This document shows, one piece after another, positions 1 to 11,949 of a DNA stretch of 64,000 bases (its first letter is position 1; each line of letters opens with the position of its first letter). The DNA lies in assembly GCA_964247055.1 (NCBI GenBank), contig OZ176059.1, positions 3,596,001-3,660,000 of the forward strand. Direction: 5' to 3'. A program made the position numbers and the translations under genes. Origin of the DNA: Paragordius varius. Lineage: Eukaryota > Animalia > Nematomorpha. Under the pieces are notes generated by a model. It was not told the DNA's origin and ran no database searches. It worked only from the letters and a program-made list of their open reading frames with translations.

Positions 1-201
1 GTTATATAATATGCAACAAAACATAACTCTATTTTATATATTACAGTAAAATATGTAATTATCCGGAAGAATTTTTTAACTAACAGACATAATCTTTTTA
101 TAAGAGACAGAGTGTTTAAATCAAAAGATTATAATTTTAAATTTTTTTTTCATACGTACAAATTTTCGATTATACGGACAAATTTTTTTACGGACATAAA
201 T
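1..201 (+). repeat. Dispersed repeat, paralog of 16235-16448; contains a TA|CAGTAAAAT MITE-like arm with repeated ACGGACA motifs
   Basis: Direct by-eye alignment with 16235-16448 (caacaaaacataactctattttatatattacagtaaaatatgtaatta...tatacggacaaattttttt..acggacataaat). Runs off the window start. Confidence 0.85.
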
Positions 202-240
202 CCGAAATATAATAGGGTAAGAGGAGCACTTATCTATAAC

Positions 241-1324
241 AATTGACAACATTTCTGCCACTCGAGTTTTTTCATTTTTTGATATTTAGTATTATTCTAA
301 CAGTAAGTCTAAAATAAAAATTATAACTCCTTCTAAGAATTTTGTATAATTTGATTTATTTAATTATGCGCCCTCTTTATCAAAATTAAAATGTTTTTCT
401 TTGAAAATATACAAGTAATGCCCATTTGTAATATATCATTCGAAAAAGTAATAAAAACTCTATAAAATGTATACTAATATGTATTACAACGACAGTTAAT
501 ATTGGACACAAAGAGCGACAAACGCGCGAAGCGAGAGCATTTTTTTTAAATATTATATTTTTAAAACTAATGGATGAAAATAGCTCAAACTTTGTTTAGA
601 TGGTGATGAATGTCCAAAAAAGATAACACAAGAAAGTTTTTTTGATTAAAACTTTTTTATTGCTTTTATGTCACTCAAAACAGCCAAGTTTTTTAAAAAT
701 TACCATCTCATCAATATTAATTTATTTTCTTTACGAGGCTGATAATTTCAAAATTTTAAAGATAAAAACAAAATTTAAGGTACTTTTGATCTTTTAGAGC
801 CATTTACAGTTATAACTATGCATTTTAGTATCCACTAGGTAAAATATTTATGATAATAATAATTTTTATTAAAAAAACAAACCAAAAGCTTTTTCAAACA
901 TTTTTTTAAATTAAATACTAATATAACCCTAATAATTATATTAAAATAATTTATATGATTTTCAAATTAGTTTGTCTGTGAAAATTCTTGACTTATTTAA
1001 GGATTGAAAATTTTGACCATTCAAATCCAAATAACTTTTACATCCGATTGATTTAAACGACTTACTACCATTTAAAAGATGCAGTTTTTTGCGCTCTTTC
1101 GAATGATATAAAATACATGGCTTCATATCTAAAACTTTTAATTTTCGAAATTTCGAGTTTAATGTTAAATCGGGGCCAAAAATTATCGATAAACTCTAAT
1201 ATAAAAAAATTATTGTATGCTAGACCAATTTTCTTTTCAGATATACTAGTTATGTACTTTGATGAAATAAATTTTAAATTTACAAGAATGGCAGTTAAAA
1301 AAAATAAAATTTGTTGTCTAGTGT
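241..1324. mobile_element. Putative ~1.1-kb non-autonomous TIR DNA transposon (MITE-like), left end degraded
   Basis: Right end 1289-1324 (tggcag...aaatttgttgtctagtgt, then TA) is the reverse complement of ACACT(A/G)GACAACAAATTTT..CTGCCA, intact at 8171 and degraded at ~241-260. Internal inverted motif tatatcattcgaaa (~432) versus tttcgaatgatata (~1096). No transposase ORF. Confidence 0.55.
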
Positions 1325-3279
1325 TATTCTGCCTGAAAAGAAGATCTGAAAATTGATATTATTTTGCAATCATAACGTATGTTTTCGCTTTTGTTGGTTG
1401 TTGATCATCTATAAACCGAATATTTAGATAATTTTTTTATTTCTATGTTAAAGAATGAATTAACCTACTTCTATAAATAGATGGCACGTATATAATTAAA
1501 ATATGTTACTACTGTTATATTAATATTCTAACTTTAATTCATTGTTTTATTAGCTTAATTGAGGGAATATTTCCCCTTTTGATTTGTCTTAAAATTATAT
1601 TATTTTAAGTTAATGTAATAATTAAGCTAGATTTAATCTTGATTAGTAATGTCATAATACAAGAATTACAGTCATGTAGACTTTATTTTATCAAAAATTT
1701 TTGTTTTCGTTAAATGCGTATAAAATATTTGTTAAAGAATATAAAATAAGAGCTATATTGTAAAGAAGTGTGGGGGAAGGGCGTCGGAAATTTTTGGTAA
1801 AAATGAAAATCTAAAAATATTTTTAAAGGGGAATGGTTATATTTTGTTAATTTTTTAGCAAAATTTTATATATTTTTTATTTTGATAAAATATTTATTCC
1901 ACACCTAGATTCAAATTATGGCATCCAAATATACCCCAGACTAAATTTGAGTTAGTATTTTTAATAATCTAGTGAAAAAAAATATATAAATATGCCAAAA
2001 TATCTAAAAAAAATTTGTTTTGAAAAAAAAGTTAAATGTCAAAACTTTGACGCCATTTTTATTTTACAAAATATTTGAAAAATGTCGTCTTCATTTAGTG
2101 TTAAGGGTAAAATTCAAGCTAATTTTTTATTTAAATAACATCTTACATTGATAGAAAGAGATAAAGCAGTTTATTTATATTAATTTTTCAATTTTACCAT
2201 TGCACACATGTCACGTTGACTAAATTTTAACTTCAAACAGCTCCCTGATTCTTTTATATTGACGTTTTCACATTCCGAATATATACATAAAAATCAGAAT
2301 TTATTAATTCTAATAATAAAATTTTATAATTAAAGTGTAATTGTTAAAAATTGTTTAAAAAGGTCATAATCGTTATCAAACGTAAAATCTGATTATTATT
2401 ATAAATATATCTTTGAATGTAATGTTCTATTTAGAGAGCATTAGATTGGAGGTGATGTTCTGATATTTAACAAAAAATGATATAATTAAACATTTTTCTA
2501 TTCCTTTTCCACCAGCTTCAAGGCCGGCGTCCTTATATGGTAATAGCAGAAAAAATTCCAATAATTTAAAAACAAAATAATATTTCTATAAATATATCAA
2601 CTAAAAATATGTAAAAATGTAAATGTCTTTTAGATCAACAATGGCTGATTTGGTTATACTCTTAGTTAAGAAATAGACTCTATTGTTTAATTGGTGAGCC
2701 ATGCCTTTTTAATGTAATTTTTAAACCTAGTTTAAACCCTTAGGCACTAAGAAATATAATATAATATATTTGCTAGAAATATAATAATAAAATAAATTAA
2801 AAAATATTTTGGTTAAAGTGTGTTTTATATTAGATTGAATAGCATAAAAAATAGAAATATCAAATTGTATATAAAATGACTAAAACTAAGATAATGAAAT
2901 CCGATCTATTACTAGGGTGTTTTTGAAAAATACATAGACACAAAATTTAAAAATCATATAAATCTAAATATACAGACATATCCCATATTTTTTGGAAAGA
3001 TAAGTAAATAAATTACATATTTTGTCAAATCAAAACATTTTTATTGCTTTTTCTTAGTTAATAAATTTTATCGTTAAAAAAATTTAAACGATTTCTTAAA
3101 TAATGTGTATATTTCCTCTAATATTTTAATATATTCTAATTTAAAATTTTTGCTTCACTAATTATGGGACTTGTTTCTTTTAAATCGATAAAAAAATTAG
3201 TATAAATATTTATTAAATAAAAACATAACTAAGTTACCTATATGGTTGTTAACAAAATCATCATTCGTCTATGTCAGGA

Positions 3280-3350
3280 CTAGGGTTGTGCATTTGACTG
3301 CTTTTCAAAAATGTCCGGTCAGACCCAGTCAGACCATGGTCATGACCACT
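3280..3350. mobile_element. Possible DNA-transposon end remnant (TAGGGTTGTGCA start, clustered GACC/GGTC motifs)
   Basis: GC-enriched island ctagggttgtgcatttgactg...ccggtcagacccagtcagaccatggtcatgacc. It resembles TAGGG-starting hAT termini; no partner TIR found. Confidence 0.25.
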
Positions 3351-3879
3351 TTTTACTTAAGAAAATATCATGCGATATTAATTTGTTAAAATAATGTTCG
3401 AATCTTGCGTTTCACCAATAATGTCATGTTTTTTCTTAAATGTTTGTATTATCATACATTTTTTATAATTATTTTACAAATTTTTTCAATCGAATTTAAT
3501 TAAGAAATTGTTTTAAAATTAATTTTACCACATGTTTGTGGCCTTTGAATCTTCAAATACATTTTTAATGGATATTTCAAATAAAATTACCTAGTTTGTT
3601 TTACACTTCCTTCATCATTAAAATATCCAATTATAGGATGTTTTTCATTTTATTGGTTCACATATATGGAATAATTGCATATTTTGCAAAGTGCTTGATT
3701 GTTTTGTTTTTCGAAATAACTAGATATGCTCAAATGCTAATGTTATAAGGAGTCATGTTAGACAATTTTTAATATATTGTTAAATAAGCATATTTAAATA
3801 TTTGATTTTAATTTTTTAAAAAATATATAAAAAAACAATATACTAAAAAACGATAAAATCTTTCTTTCTTCCAAAAAAT

Positions 3880-5169
3880 TTTACAAGAGGATTGAGGGCC
3901 ATCAACGATCAATCTTATAGCTTTTTTCTATTTTTCTTATACATGCTACGAATATTTATATCTTTATGAACCAAACTTTTATACTTATTATAATCAGCCC
4001 GGAGAGGAGATAATACGTTTTGAATAGAGCTTATTAAAAAACAAATATCCTCCCAGTCGGAATTCTCGTCGTGGGAGTCAAGAATGTTATTAAAATTAGT
4101 AAAAGAAAAAGTATTTTTATTTAAAGCAGAAGATTTACTTTTTATTTGGTGGAGGTAGAGTAACCAATGAAGTGGGTTCCTCATAAACTCTCTCCTCGAG
4201 AATACTAAAACGATTAGATAAAAAGACTTCATTTTTAGAAAAGTAATTAAAATAATTTTTGTTTAACGAACTATCACTGGGATTTAGAATATTATAATTT
4301 ATGTCCGTACTGGAATTATTGCCTTCATGTCCCTTACCAAGGATGTTTATGGTCCCACTCACTTTGGTAGGAGAAGAATTAACTGAATAGCTAGGTGGAT
4401 CAACAAAGTTTACTGAATGAGTTGGAGATGACTCGACAACCTTAGGCTTATTAGACGGATTGAAACGGAGGTTTGACAAACTTAACGGTTTGCTGTGAGG
4501 ATGAGGAGGTAGATTATGAGACCTTTTATGAGATAAGAGAGACATGCGCTTGGGAAACGACAAGTCACACTCATCACATGCGTGAGGCATTTGGACAATA
4601 GGAGATTTGGACGCAAAAATGCACTCTTTCATATGTATGCTTGGGTGAATAGATAAAACTTTGTTACAAGGTTTGCAAATATTAACTATTTTGATTAGTT
4701 CTTTATGGACCAGCCTAATATGACGTAGAAGAGACTGTCTCTGAGCAGTCCAGAATTTACAATCAAACTGATGATTACAAGATATAAACGGACAAACAAA
4801 GTGATTGGGTAAAGGAAAGAAATATGTTAGAGTTTTGTCTTGCAGGGTTGGTTGATGTAGCATCACCTCCAATAGGTGGCCATCATTATCAATATTATTT
4901 CTCTTAATCATTTTGTTGGCTGCTAGATGGACAAGATCAAGGATGGTCTTGCGTTTCACGTTTGAGCTGGGAGATTTGGCCTGATTGGTAGTTGAGGGCA
5001 CGTTGACATAAATTTGGGATGAACTGATTGATGGGAATCGATGCTCATAGAAAGAGCCAATATCGCGTGTTGGAGCTGTGGACGGGTTGACGCAGTATGA
5101 GTGATGACTTTGAGTGTGACTGTAGTAACAGAGGTATAGAAGAGGGATGTCTTGGAGTATACTGGTTGA
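3880..5169 (-). pseudogene. Frameshifted, truncated ORF of the retroelement (N-terminal zinc-finger region)
   Basis: Fingers: CPFISC...RHIRLVH; CKPC...HMKEC; CDECDLSFPKRMSLLSHKRSH. The main frame is open from ~5169 with no ATG until internal positions (the listed start at 5001 is GTG). Frameshifts at A-runs near 4140 and 3921-3926 link ORF 4135-5001 to ORF 3915-4232 and then to the KAIRLIVDGP frame. Confidence 0.75.
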
Positions 5170-5830
5170 TTATCATTATCACTTATTGTAAGGGGGAACA
5201 TGATTTGTACGTTGTTGGAGCTAATAATGTTTGTTGATATCATATCTATAATAAAAATAAACAATATAAAATATAGGAAAGAAATTTAGATGGCCCAAGG
5301 ATTAAAGAATGGAAATAAATAAAGTTCTAATCACCCGGATAATTAATATATAAACAAAAGGGGGCCGGAAATTCAGGGATACACGATTAAAAGTAAAAAC
5401 CACATGCAATTAAAAGATAAAGAGAGGCGCGAATTTAAAAAACAATAACAAAGATGGATTAAGTAAACAAAAACCGTTAAAAAAAATGGTGAAGCGGGAA
5501 TTTTAAGCAAAAGGAAGGGAATATTAAAAAAAAGGAAAGTAAATAAAAACAGCCGTTAGAAAAAAGGTTAAAAAACCGCGAATTAAAAAGGGGGTAAACA
5601 ATAAATAATTAAGAGAGGCGCGAATAATACCAATGGGGGAGTTTTAAAAAGGCAAAAAAATTTAAAAAACCAGGTACAAAAAGTGCAAAAGATAATGAAT
5701 TAAAAAGGCGCAGTCAAACATTTGCAAAAGTATAAAGGATGGCATAAGATCAAGTTTAATTAATTTTATTAAGAATTTTAAGGTAAGAAGGGCGAGACTT
5801 TGATATTATCCAAGAGGCCGAGAAATTTAC
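3880..5830 (-). mobile_element. 5' portion of an RLE-type non-LTR retrotransposon (R2/NeSL/Utopia-like): 5' UTR, zinc fingers and pre-RT region; RT and endonuclease absent
   Basis: GC-richer island. ORF 4135-5001 has three Zn fingers (CCHH, CCHC, CCHH). Downstream frame-corrected peptide reads IRSMYKKNRKKAIRLIVDGPQSSCKI, resembling the conserved pre-RT motif of R2/NeSL-type proteins. Sequence decays to AT-rich flank at ~3880. Boundaries approximate. Confidence 0.75.
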
Positions 5831-6635
5831 AATAATGACACCATAAAATAAATTTTATTAAATAATTAACCATTATAATAAATTTTCAATATTTTCCTTT
5901 ACAAAAAAAACATTATTGATATTTTAAAATTTACATTATTATATTTTTTGATAGCCAAAAATTAAAACTTGTTTTTGAATGAATGTGGACTTAACTAACA
6001 ATGAATAAGGTAGCTCAGATACATTTTATATTTATAATATTTATGACAATTTTTTCATCGATTTAAAAGAAACAAAAGTCTTACAATCAGTCAATAAAAA
6101 TTATAAATTAAAATTAGTAGAATTATTTATTAATATCTTAAACTATAAATATATATGCCATCTATTTAAAAAATCGAATAAATTGTTTTGTTAATGATAA
6201 ACATTCATCAACCACAATAGCGAGAAGCTAATTGATTGCACAAAATATATTATTCATTTACTTATCTTTTCAACATATTAGATAATTTAAAAAATAGATA
6301 CATCTGATATTTTTTATTTTTGTTTCTATGTTTTTTTATACATATATACATTTATTTTTATCATTAATTTTGCTTTAAGTAGTTTTATATATAAGTTTGT
6401 TTAATTTTTTTCATCCTTTCTTTTTGGAATGAAATAGGCCTGTATCGCACATAAATTACTCTATTATTTAAGCTTATTTTTAATTTTCTTTAAATATTTT
6501 ATAGTGGTAGTTTATTAGTGTTTAGCGGTTTTTATACAGAGCTTAACTTAATCTTTTGAAAAGTTGCTGAAAATTACGATAAAAAAGCGTTGACTAATTA
6601 AACCGTAATTTTAAATAAAAAATTAATAGTATATA

Positions 6636-7035
6636 CAGTACTCTTTTTATTGGTGGCAACTTCATTATTAAAGGCCAATTGGCAATACAGAAACGTCGGA
6701 GTTAAAAACAACAAACGCTGTAGAATAAACATTTTTTCATATAATTACAACATAATTATATTTAATTAGTTTATGGAAATTTGTTTTATAACATACGCTA
6801 CTATATAACTAATTGTTCAACGATATAGTATGTATTGTACAGTAAAATTTAAAATTTAACGGACAAAACGCAAAATATTTTTCAAAAGACAAAGTATACA
6901 TTTTAAAATTTTATTTATCCTATAAATATAATTATTTTTTATCTACAAAAAACTCCAGTACAAGCGGTCAAATAGCATGTAAAATATTTTATTAACAAAA
7001 ATGCATATAGAAAAACGTCTCTATAGAATAAGCTA
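6636..7035 (+). repeat. Block paralogous to 9986-10520 (downstream flank of ZF gene copy 1), starting TA|CAGTAC and including a MITE left arm at 6840
   Basis: Shared ordered motifs with the 9986 block: atatacagtac, tgg(c)(c/a)actt, attggcaatacag, acaaacg, tgtacagt, acggacaaaacg, atacattttaaaattt.atttatcctataaa, aaaaactcca, cgtctc. Confidence 0.7.
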
Positions 7036-7164
7036 AATCTCAATTATTATTTGCAAAAATTATAAATTGAAAATAAATTATATTTATATAAAATATTGAT
7101 GTGTTTTTACAAATGAATTTTAATATATATATTTAATATGCATGGTAAGAGTGCGTTTATGAGT

Positions 7165-7658
7165 CTAATTAGTAATACACCTTGCATTGATATTTAATTT
7201 ATGAACAGATTCAATGTGTTTTGCAAGACAGTCTTTTTCGGCATATTTCTTTTTACAAATCGGACATTCATGTTTAATTTTCTCATGAATAGATTTTATG
7301 TGCCTTCCAAGACTTACTTTTTGAGTAAATTTTTTATTACATGTCGGACAAGGATATTTAACTTGTTCATGAACAGGCTGAATGTGACAAGAGAGCCTTT
7401 TTGAGAAAAATCAGTTTTACAAATAGGACATTCATGTTCAATTTTTTTGTGTGCAGAGATAATATGCCTAGCAAAATTGCTTTTATACGAAAATATCTTT
7501 AAACAAATTTTGCACGGAAAGTTCTGTAAGAGATTTATTGTGAAAAAGCACCCCGAAGGCGCCTTTATATATTTTTTTATATTGCATACATTCAAACATT
7601 TCTGAGTTCGCTTTTTAGGCTTTGGATTAAAATTATTACCAATACTCATATTTGCCAT
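7165..7658 (-). pseudogene. C2H2 zinc-finger gene with four tandem fingers, one frameshift in finger 2
   Basis: ATG at 7658. Fingers: CKICLKIFSYKSNFARHIISAH; CPICKTDFSQKGSLV-[frameshift ~7385]-IQPVH; CPTCNKKFTQKVSLGRHIKSIH; CPICKKKYAEKDCLAKHIESVH. Stop TAG at 7165-7167. No introns evident. Confidence 0.85.
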
Positions 7659-8170
7659 ATAAGTAAATCTTTTTCGAAATCAATTATTTTTCTATTTTTG
7701 GTGGTATTTTCAGCGAAAGGATAATTTATACTAACTAAAATAGGTTTATATACATAATTATATAACATAAAGAAGATGGCATATTCTTAATATAATACCA
7801 CATCATCAATTAAAATTCGTTTTGATAAAAAAATACTTTCATAAAGATATCATAAAACCATAAAAACGAATACTAAAATTTTAGGTAAAAATTTATATAT
7901 ATTTATTTGATATATTGAAATTTATTATTTATGTAATAACCGTTGACTATTTGCTCTGAACTAATTCTCAACTTCTAAAAGAAAGTCAAATTTTTAACCA
8001 AATTTAATTTAGCTATATATTATTTTATAATTTACGCTACGTAAAATACATCTGCGCATTTTAGGGTAGAATTTGTAAGATATTGTGAGTTTTTATGGAA
8101 GAGTTATCCTTCACTTCAACACGTGAATAGTCCAATTACATAATTGTGTGTGCCTATATGTTTATTAAAA

Positions 8171-8540
8171 ACACTGGACAACAAATTTTTCTGCCACTCG
8201 AGTTTTTTGCATTTTTTGATATTTAGTAACATTCTAACAGTAAAAAATTATAACTCCTTGTAAGAATTTTGTATAATTTGATTATTTTGATTATGCGCCC
8301 TCTTTATCAAAATTTTACTAAAAAATGTTTTTCTTTGAAAATATACAAGTAATGCCCATTTGTAATATATCATTCGAAAGAGTAATAAAAACTCTATAAA
8401 ATGCATACGAATATGTATTACATCGACAGTTAATATTGGACACAAAGAGCGACAAACGCGCGAGGCGAGAGTATTTTTTTTAATTATCATATTTTTAAAA
8501 CTAATGGATGAAAATAGCTCAAACTTTGTTTAGATGGTGA
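8171..8540 (+). mobile_element. Partial second copy (left end, intact TIR) of the 241-1324 element
   Basis: About 360 bp of near-identity with ~243-606 (ctgccactcgag ... ggacacaaagagcgacaaacgcgcga ... ctttgtttagatggtga). Starts ACACTGGACAACAAATTTTTCTGCCA. Confidence 0.8.
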
Positions 8541-9074
8541 ATCAGTAAAACGGCAAAATCCATACCGTTTCCGAAATCAACAAAAACCCCTTGATATTAA
8601 TTTATCAGAAGATCATAACCTTTAAATTAAATAATATAAAGAATATTAAATATTTTTCCAATATAAGCATAATTGATATTAACAACAATATATTTTGCTA
8701 ATAATTTTTTTAAAAATATAGCCAAAAAATACATTCATGATAAGTATTGGCTTATTTATTAAATAAACATTTAATTATTAGCTTCGTATAAAAGCAAAAG
8801 GCTGCATCATAATTCATTGTAAAATATGATTTGATTTAAAATTATATAATCATTTTGTTGATTTTTTAAGCAAAAATTGAATTCGGGAAAAAATAAGTGT
8901 ACAAAAAGCAAACGTTAGAACCCAATTACATAAAACAATTTATACCATATTAAAATTTAAATAATCTCTATTTTTATTTAAAATATATTTTGAACTTAAC
9001 AATAAATACCATATAAAGTTGCTAATCAATTAACGAATTAATACTATATAATCATTAAATAAGTCATCTATTTA

Positions 9075-9272
9075 CAGTAAATACGGAAAAACGTTAAAAA
9101 TTTAGCTTAATTTTTTTTAAAAGACAATCATACTTTTATTAATCAAGTTTTTTAAACTATTTAATAACAATTGTAAAATTAACAATTAATGTCCAATTTA
9201 TTTCTCTTTTTCATACTTTGCAATATAAATAATATTTGTTTAATATTTTTGTGTTTTGTCCGTATATTACTA
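9075..9272. mobile_element. MITE-like element, CAGT/ACGGACAAAACG family
   Basis: TA|CAGTAAATACGGAAAAACG left arm; GTGTTTTGTCCGTATATTACTA|TA right arm; 198 bp. Confidence 0.6.
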
Positions 9273-9420
9273 TATTATATATATAATGAAAATTACACGA
9301 TTTAAATGAATCTTAAAATTGGATAACTACAAAATTAATCATAAAGAAAACAGTAAAAATATTTTACGAGTTTTATAGGTCCAATATATGTTAAATTATC
9401 AGTTTTTAAATATTAAAATT

Positions 9421-9630
9421 TTACAGACAAAAAGAAGATTTAAAGACAACATATAAAAAATATCCTATTTTTAAAATCTATCCTGCATATTTCCAATTGC
9501 AAATATAAAATTGATTAATTACCAAATCACAACTATATATCATATTTTGCCATTTAAAATCATAATAATCATGTTTAAAAAAGTACAGCGGTCTTTTGGA
9601 AAATTTTGAGTTTTGTCCGTATAAATTAAA
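9421..9630. mobile_element. Degenerate MITE-like element, same family
   Basis: Left arm acagacaaaaag..aaagacaac..tatcctat; right arm gagttttgtccgtataaatt. Confidence 0.5.
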
Positions 9631-9985
9631 TTAATATGAATATTTTTGTAGGATGGATTATATCTGGATATATGTCATTTTTAGTATATATTTTGGTAAA
9701 TTTATGCTACTTTTTCATAGTTGAAGTTATTTTAAATATCATTTTGTATTGTAATGCGCATGTTTTTCCTTATAAAAATAAATTACATTATCGCTATATT
9801 TTTAAATTATTTTATTAATCTTAGGATTTTAATGCAAATATTTCATAGTTTAAAAATCTTACTTGGCGATTTTCAAACAACTATACATAATAGGCTGAAA
9901 AGTTTAAGCTGATTTACAATAAAAAATTGTGGCACGCCGATTAAACCATAGAGCCCATTTGTTATATAGATAGAAAACTTATATA

Positions 9986-10520
9986 CAGTACCCACTTTGA
10001 TGGCCACTTGATAGTATTTTTTGATCGATTGGCAATACAGTAACGGAGTAAAAGATAACAAACGGTGTGATATAAAGGTTGGTTTTATTTCACCATTATT
10101 TATTAATATATGAATAAATTTATATCATACGTTACTGTATAGTTGGCCAACAATAAAGTGATTAATGTACAGTTCAAAATTATACGGACAAAACGAGAAA
10201 TAAAGATAATTTTTAGAACAACCATACATTTTAAAATTTAATTTATCCTATAAAAATTATTTAATTAGAATTTGAAATCGTTTGATGTAACTCTATTTTA
10301 CAATCGTGTAAATCAATTATAATTAAGAAACTCAAAATATAAATGGCTGTGTATAAAAAAAATTTTTTCGTTATATTTTTACGTTTTGTCGGTATAATTG
10401 CGATTTTTATTGTATTATTTTTATACAAAAAAAACTCCATAACAGACCGTCTATATATATTGCCAAATTAATTATCTGATTAACTTATTTCATACATATT
10501 GCAAAGCGTCTCCATGATAT
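9986..10520 (+). repeat. Block paralogous to 6636-7035 (downstream flank of ZF gene copy 2)
   Basis: Same ordered motifs as the 6636 block; contains a full MITE at 10170-10412. Confidence 0.7.
10170..10412. mobile_element. MITE-like element, CAGT/ACGGACAAAACG family
   Basis: TA|CAGTTCAAAATTATACGGACAAAACG ... ACGTTTTGTCGGTATAATT..ATTG|TA; 243 bp. TA flanks and CAGT termini are typical of Tc1/mariner-derived MITEs. Confidence 0.65.
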
Positions 10521-10619
10521 AAATTTAATCGCCATATATTTTATTTCCAAAAATAATAAATTAAAAACAATATTTATATTTATGTGTAAACACATGTTAT
10601 ACTAATATTTTGTATAATA

Positions 10620-11384
10620 TTTGAATTTAAGTTTTATGTTCAATATGCTTTGTAAGAATGCCTTATTCGGTATTTGTTTATATCCGATTGAATATGTGTT
10701 GTAAAATTTTATCTTTAAGTATATTTTTTTACATATCTTGCATTGAACTTTAATTTTATGGTGAACAGATTGAATGTGCGATGCAAGATTGGTCTTATAA
10801 AAAAAATCCGATTTACCTAGTTATGTTTAGTTTTTTTGTGAACAGATTAAACGTGTTCGGTAAGATGCTTTTTCGAGAAAAATATTTATTACAAATCCGA
10901 CAAGGATGCTTAACTTGTACATGAAAACCCTATATATGTTTGCAAGATGTTTTATTTGAGTAAATGCTTTCTTTTTACATTTCGGACATTCATGTTTTTA
11001 ATAAAGTATTTGATGTGAGTTGGATATTTTTGTTCATGAAACGAGAGAATATGTGTGGATTAAACATGTTTACCTTTATAAATTTTATTATATTAAATAT
11101 ATCGATATCTTTCATTTAAATGCTCAAGACCTCAATTTTACGATTTTCGTGTTATCCTCAATAAAACATTCATGCTTATATCAGTAAAATTAATATCCTT
11201 TTAAAGGTCCAAAGGTTTTGTCTGTTCTCGCCTCAAAATTTATTATTAGGAGATTATTGTTGATTTTTCGGCAAAGTTTAAATTCTTTGCTGTTAGGCTT
11301 TTCGGAAATATTCATTAATAATATGTAATGCCATTTAAATAACAAAGGTTTTAGATCATCATTAGTGGAATCCTCAGTCTCCAA
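10620..11384 (-). pseudogene. Heavily degraded multi-finger C2H2 zinc-finger pseudogene, paralog of 7165-7658
   Basis: Minus-strand fragments in several frames: THILSFHEQKYP; KHECPKCKKKAFTQIKHLA; HVQVKHPCRICNKYFSRKSIL; FFYKTNLASHIQSVHHKIKVQCKICKKIY; ILTKHIEH. Multiple frameshifts and stops. Upstream ORF 11190-11384 (TTG start) weakly resembles the region upstream of copy 1. Confidence 0.8.
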
Positions 11385-11806
11385 TTAATTAAATTAACAG
11401 CACCTTTATTATAAAAAAGGATAAAATAACATAATTTTGACACATTTTTCAAGTAAGACGAAAACTATTTAGCATTTTTTTAATAATAGCAGAATCGTTA
11501 CTGCATTATTTAGATGGCATATTCTATACAAAATTATGTATTTATATATGGTTATTAGCATAAACATAACTTTCTAATAATTAAATAAATTATTATTTAT
11601 AAGAGGTTTATATGCATTTTTTTCACTTTTATAAAGGTAATATATATATAATTATCAATTATATAAAATAACACCGTCTCCAATAATGCTGTTAAAGCCT
11701 CCTAGATAACTTAAATTTTTGTCTATAATACCTATAAAATCACCAAAATTTTAATTTAAAAATTTAAAAACCCACAAACCCAATCAAAAATTAATTTGAA
11801 ACTATA

Positions 11807-11891
11807 CAGTTATTGGGGGACAATCAATGTTTGAAAGAATATGGTTGTTTTTATACATTTACGTTTTGTCACTATATTTCAACTCTAACTG
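11807..11891. mobile_element. 85-bp internally deleted MITE-like element
   Basis: TA|CAGTTA ... ACGTTTTGTCACTATA ... TAACTG|TA. Confidence 0.45.
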
Positions 11892-11949
11892 TATATGAGA
11901 CACCAATTATTAATTTTATAGTTGTAATTAAATAGTTTATAGAAAAAAA

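Noticed and set aside
1117-1356. 79-aa ORF (also 8248-8490)
   Set aside because: Both lie inside the non-coding TIR element copies; low-complexity AT-driven translations with no transposase motifs.
1765-2060. Possible MITE interior (gggcgtcggaaattt ... aaactttgacgcc inverted pair)
   Set aside because: The inverted match is short, with no definable termini or second copy in the window.
2410-2580. GC-richer patch (ccaccagcttcaaggccggcgtcc) as a possible exon
   Set aside because: No frame gives a recognisable peptide and no convincing splice context. A TBLASTX search would be needed.
6006-6014. TAAGGTAGC, matching the core of the R2 28S rDNA target near the retroelement's 5' end
   Set aside because: Only 9 bp, on the opposite strand from the element, ~180 bp away, with no surrounding 28S sequence.
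7201-7404. 67-aa plus-strand ORF
   Set aside because: Antisense shadow of the zinc-finger repeats.
9890-9925. TACATAATAGGCTGAAAAGT, resembling a mariner TIR
   Set aside because: Single short match with no partner TIR or transposase remnant.
9636-10061. ORFs 9636-9818 and 9873-10061
   Set aside because: Short, compositionally biased, overlap repeats, no recognisable motif.
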